64,000 nt of DNA. It comes from Anaeramoeba ignava BMAN (lineage: Eukaryota > Protista > Anaeramoebae). The stretch spans positions 182,681 through 246,680 of the forward strand of contig JAPDFW010000096.1 of assembly GCA_028826165.1 (NCBI GenBank). The letters run 5' to 3'. Numbering within the stretch: the first letter of the stretch is position 1; every line of letters begins with the position of its first letter. The notes below the pieces were generated by a model. It was not told where the DNA came from and did not search any database. It saw nothing but the letters and a program-made list of their open reading frames with translations. Below, piece by piece: positions 59,936 through 64,000 of this stretch. A program made the position numbers and the translations under genes.

Positions 59936-61750
59936 TTATTTGCTTTTTTGTTCTTATTTGTTTTTGTTTCTTATTGTTCTTTTTCTTTTGGTTCAGTTAC
60001 TATTTTTGTTGAATCATTTTTGTTCCACAAAAACTCCTATTGTTATAAAAGAAAGTATTATTAAAAGAACTGTAAAACTAAAAGTTGAAATATCAAATGA
60101 ATTTTCTTCAATATCATGAACTTGATTCTTTTCATTTGGATCATTTGAATCTTTTTTAATTGGTTTATGTTTTGATAATAATAAAGGATGAGTTTCTTGT
60201 TCTAAAAATTCTTCATGATCAACAAAACAATGAACTTCAAATCCAAAATGATGTTTTTTTAAAAAGTCTCGAATTTTATGACAACCTTCTTGTTTAAACT
60301 TTAAACGGTCTTCTTTAAGATAAATTACTGGGAGAAGTTCTTGTGTTTTTTGCAAATCAGTTCTAAGATGAGCACCAAACATATCAAAAATAATTTTGCC
60401 AATACTTTTTTTGTTTTTATAACTAGGAACTTCAGAACCAGTTATTAAAATTTCAATAGCAGTTTTTGAGTTATAAACTTTGTTGAAATGATCAATTAAC
60501 TAAAAAAATTTTAATTGAAATTTTTTTAATTGAATTTTTTTAATTGAAATTTTTTTAATTGATTTACAAATTGAATTGAATAATCCATTAATTTAGTTGA
60601 ATTGTTGAATATTGGAGTTCTTCTTTCAAAATAAAGTAAAGATCCAAAACTAATTGTCCAAAAATCTGGATATTTTATTTCTTGAGCATCTCTTATTGGA
60701 TTAAAAACTAAAAGTTGGTTTAACAAAATTAATTCAGCAACAAATTGAGCTTGTTCTTCAACATTCAAATCATAAACAACATCAATATCCAATTTGTCAT
60801 TCTTGATAACAAGTTGATTGTCATTGTAATTGTGGAAAACTAAACCGCCATCTTTAATAAAATCAGCAAACAAATGATCTTTTAATTGGGATATAATATT
60901 TTTAAGTTCCAAATCAAAGAAAACCTTTCATTTTTATCTTTGTGTTCATAAAAAGAAATGAAGCTTTTGGTTTCAACATTATTAATAATTTCTTGTCTTA
61001 TTGATGAAATTTTGGCATATTCTTTAAGTGAAGAAACTGAAACTATTGTTGATAAATTCTTATAAACTTGCTGCAATAATTCCTGTAAATTTGCATTTAA
61101 AAGGTGGATCATTTCTTGCCCAAAATCCTGACATAATTCCATGATCTTTTGGATATTTTCCTGTTAAAAAGTGGTTAATACTGAAGCTGCATCTTGTGAG
61201 AATATTTTTATCTCTTGTTTGGAAATCCAAAAATAACATTTTCATTCATAATTTTGTTGATAAATTCAATTCCTTGTGATTTTTCAAATATCCTTTTCCA
61301 AAAGAAGGAATTGTAATCAATAAATTTGCTCTAACAACATTTGCCAAGTTTTTGAATCAATATCTGAATTAATATCTGAATCAATAATTGAATCAGTAAA
61401 TATTGGATTTAAACTTTCTTTTTCTTCATCTTCATCTGAAATTGGAAATAATCCAATCCAATTTGCTATTTGATTTGTTGCTTGATGTATTGTTGTGTTT
61501 ATTGTTCTTGGTTTCCTATTCCTTTCTTAATCACAATCATACTTGAATCTATAAATAAATCTGTTTATATGTTCAAGTAAAGCATCTCCTGTTCTTTTTG
61601 TGTATAAACTTCTCCATAAATGATTTTGGGATTTCTTCTTTTTCTTTTCTTTTTCTTTTTTTCTTCTGTTGTTGAATCTTGTTTTGAAGTTGAAATTATT
61701 ATTAAAATTAAAATTAAAATTAAAAGAAAAGTTTGTTTTAATTCCTTCAT
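59936..61750 (-). CDS. Type I membrane protein, possibly ATP6AP2/renin-receptor-like V-ATPase accessory; fragmented by frameshifts
   Basis: Signal peptide [20 protein letters not shown] and C-terminal TM FSFTVLLIILSFITIGVFV; segments VRANLLITI, QAQFVAELILL and PDFWTISFGSL loosely recall ATP6AP2. Confidence 0.4.
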
Positions 61751-61829
61751 TTTGATTTGAAAAGAAAAAAATGAAAAATGAAAAAGAGAAAAAAATTTTT
61801 TTTTTGAAAAGATTTTGTTCATAATTAAT

Positions 61830-64000
61830 TAATTGATTAATTAACTTTTGCCCATTCAAATCCTGAATCAAATCCAAGTTCCTTTTTTGTTTGAATTTTT
61901 ATTTTTGATTTTTGTATGATGTCCATGAATCAAAAAGCAATACCAACAATAATAATAATAGTACCAATAGGAACAACAACTGCAATTGTAACAACTTTTT
62001 TATCTAGCTGAATCACTAGCATTTTCTGTTGGAGCTAAGTTTGAATTGATGTTGTTGAATTTATTCCTATGAATAATCATTTGATTCACAATTTGGATCA
62101 GCAGATGCAAATATTGAAATTTCATAATTTATTCCTGTTAAATTTCCTGTTGTTAATTTTAATTTTTTTTCTTTTGTTGATAAACAAACTGATTCAGAAT
62201 TATAAGACAACGAATATCCTTTTTAATCCCTAATGATAATCCCCTAATTGATCCCAAACCATTCAAAACCATAAAAATTATTGAACACAATTAAATAAAG
62301 TAATATTTTCCCTAATTTTGGTTTTTAATTAGAATTGATGAACTAACTAATCTAAATAATCCATTCCACAACTTGGATCAATAATTACATCCTCTTATTA
62401 ATACTTCATATTCATAATTTTCTGGTAATTCCACTTTTTAGTTCCAATAACTTGACTTCCGTTTAATTCAATTGGTGTTTGAAATATCCCCAACTTAAAT
62501 CCATTATTAGTTGAAATTAAATAAGATTTTTGTTAATTTTTTGATGCTCAATGAGAAAATTAGTTCAATTTCTTTAATTTTGGAAATTGAATCCAATAAT
62601 TGAAGGAGCTGGAAGAGGAAGTGTTTTTTTGATGTTGTTGAATTTATTCCTCAATCATTTGTTTTTACAATCTGGATCATGTGAAAGGAGCAAATATTGA
62701 AATTTCATAAGTTAAATCTCCAATTGAAATTTGGAATTGGATAATTTGTCAATGATTTTTGATATGCATATTGATTCAGAATTATAAGATAACGAATATG
62801 CTTCTAAATCTTCTGACCAATTCCAATTTATCCCAACTTCTTCTGGTGGCTCCCATACATCTGCAACATTAAATGAAAGTAACATTTTCCCACTTTGGTT
62901 TAATTGGAATTGATGAACTAGCTAATCTAAATATTGAGTTTCTGCTTGAATCAGTGCATCCTCTTCTTACTTGGAGACTTGATTTCATAATTTCCTGATA
63001 ATCCACTTTTAGGTTCCAATCATTTCAATTTCATTTTGAATAGATTGTTGTAAAAATCTTCCCAATCTGTTTCCATTATTAACTTGAAATCAAAATAGCT
63101 TGAACTCTTGATAATTCAGTGAAGATTATTCCATTTCTTCAATTTTTGAAATTAATTGAATATTTGAAGGAGCTGGAAACATTTTGAGTTGTTATTTATT
63201 GAAATTGAGGAAATATTCCATTCTCCACTTGAAATGCAAGCTGAAACAAAAGATTTGATAGTTTTGGGTTTGGAATTTTCACTGTGAAAAGTTGATTTGT
63301 TTGAAGATGATTGATAAATTCCTGAATCATCATATGAATCTGAAAGATAAAGTCAGTTGTGTGCAAAGGAAGGTAAATAACCAACTTGGGGAGGGGATCC
63401 CCTTTACAATTAATTAATATTGAATCTGAAACATCACATTTCAAGATTAGAAACTTTTCCAAATCCTGTATAAGCTACACTTAGAAACAACTTCTCCTTT
63501 ATCCTTATCCTTGGCATGAATAAGTTCCAAGCCCACATTGAAACAACATTATATGCAAATCCAAAAACTTAAGTTTTAATACAAGGATTTGATGTTTGTG
63601 AAGTGTCTCTGACGTTGAATGTGTAAATACTATTTGTGGAACTGATAATTTGGAAATAAAGAAGCCATATATTGAGCAAATTGAGGAATTCTTCAAATGT
63701 CTCTCGACATTTGGATAGTAATATGCACTAGGCTTTGTGGGGATGATTCTTGCTTCAATCTCAATCAATCAAAATTATTTCAAAGGAATCATCGTGTATT
63801 TATTTAAATCAATGCTTGAAGATAACCATATTTTTCTGTTGGGTAGGTGCGAATTTGATTTAGTTGAATATTCAGCATTCATATTTTCTGGATAAGTTGG
63901 AGATTCCAAATTCTTTTCTCCTTCTATAAAACTTGAGATTTTCAATAACAACCCAATCATCTTGATATTTGATTTGCTGAATTGAGAGGTATCATGTTGC
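61830..64000 (-). CDS. 3' part of a large membrane-anchored protein with internal repeats of about 580 nt; frameshifted; runs off the window end
   Basis: TM segment VVTIAVVVPIGTIIIVGIAF near 61935-61995; gattcagaattataaga.aacgaatat at about 62191 and 62773; broken ORFs 63196-63960. Confidence 0.45.

Noticed and set aside
61130-61170. TGKYPKDHGI resembling an alkaline-phosphatase/sulfatase superfamily motif
   Set aside because: Other metal-binding motifs were not identifiable and the region is frameshifted, so no enzyme call is made
55273-64000. Apparent pseudogene cluster (cyclin Y, LIS1, membrane proteins with frameshifts)
   Set aside because: Most breaks are single-base indels at homopolymers in otherwise well-conserved genes; uncorrected long-read errors are more likely, though read data are needed to confirm
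1-64000. Inteins/Hint domains, transposases, telomeric repeats, tRNA or rRNA genes
   Set aside because: No recognisable motifs were found by eye; small RNAs cannot be excluded without covariance-model searches

Overview
Very AT-rich, gene-dense eukaryotic nuclear DNA with GT-AG spliceosomal introns and the standard code. The style (N/Q and K/S microsatellite proteins, repeat-stuffed introns) resembles anaerobic protists such as Anaeramoeba, but that is inference only. By joining exons by hand I reconstruct about 21 protein-coding genes: Patched/NPC1-like transporter, eIF4E-binding Q/N-rich protein, LRR-ADP-ribosylglycohydrolase fusion, CBM20-GDPD (GPCPD1-like), CAP-Gly/LisH/RasGEF, acidic low-complexity protein, ankyrin protein, VPS9 GEF, importin-alpha, RhoGDI, ZZ-finger carboxylic-acid-reductase-like A-T-R enzyme, N-BAR protein, GATA finger plus tandem BRCT protein, PRP38 with a HIND-like tail, secreted EEP nuclease, an ARM protein with one repeat per exon, cyclin Y, LIS1 and two membrane proteins. 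Long introns are filled with short-period satellites (6, 7, 11 and 12 bp), and there is a 171-bp intergenic tandem array. The top candidates for new biology are (1) the ARM gene of about 22 mosaic phase-1 exon cassettes, (2) the intronless ZZ-A-PCP-reductase, (3) the satellite-filled, AG-poor introns with A-rich acceptors, and (4) several unusual domain fusions. Single-base homopolymer frameshifts, mainly after about 49 kb, suggest an imperfectly polished assembly. No rRNA, tRNA, CRISPR, transposase or intein was recognised.
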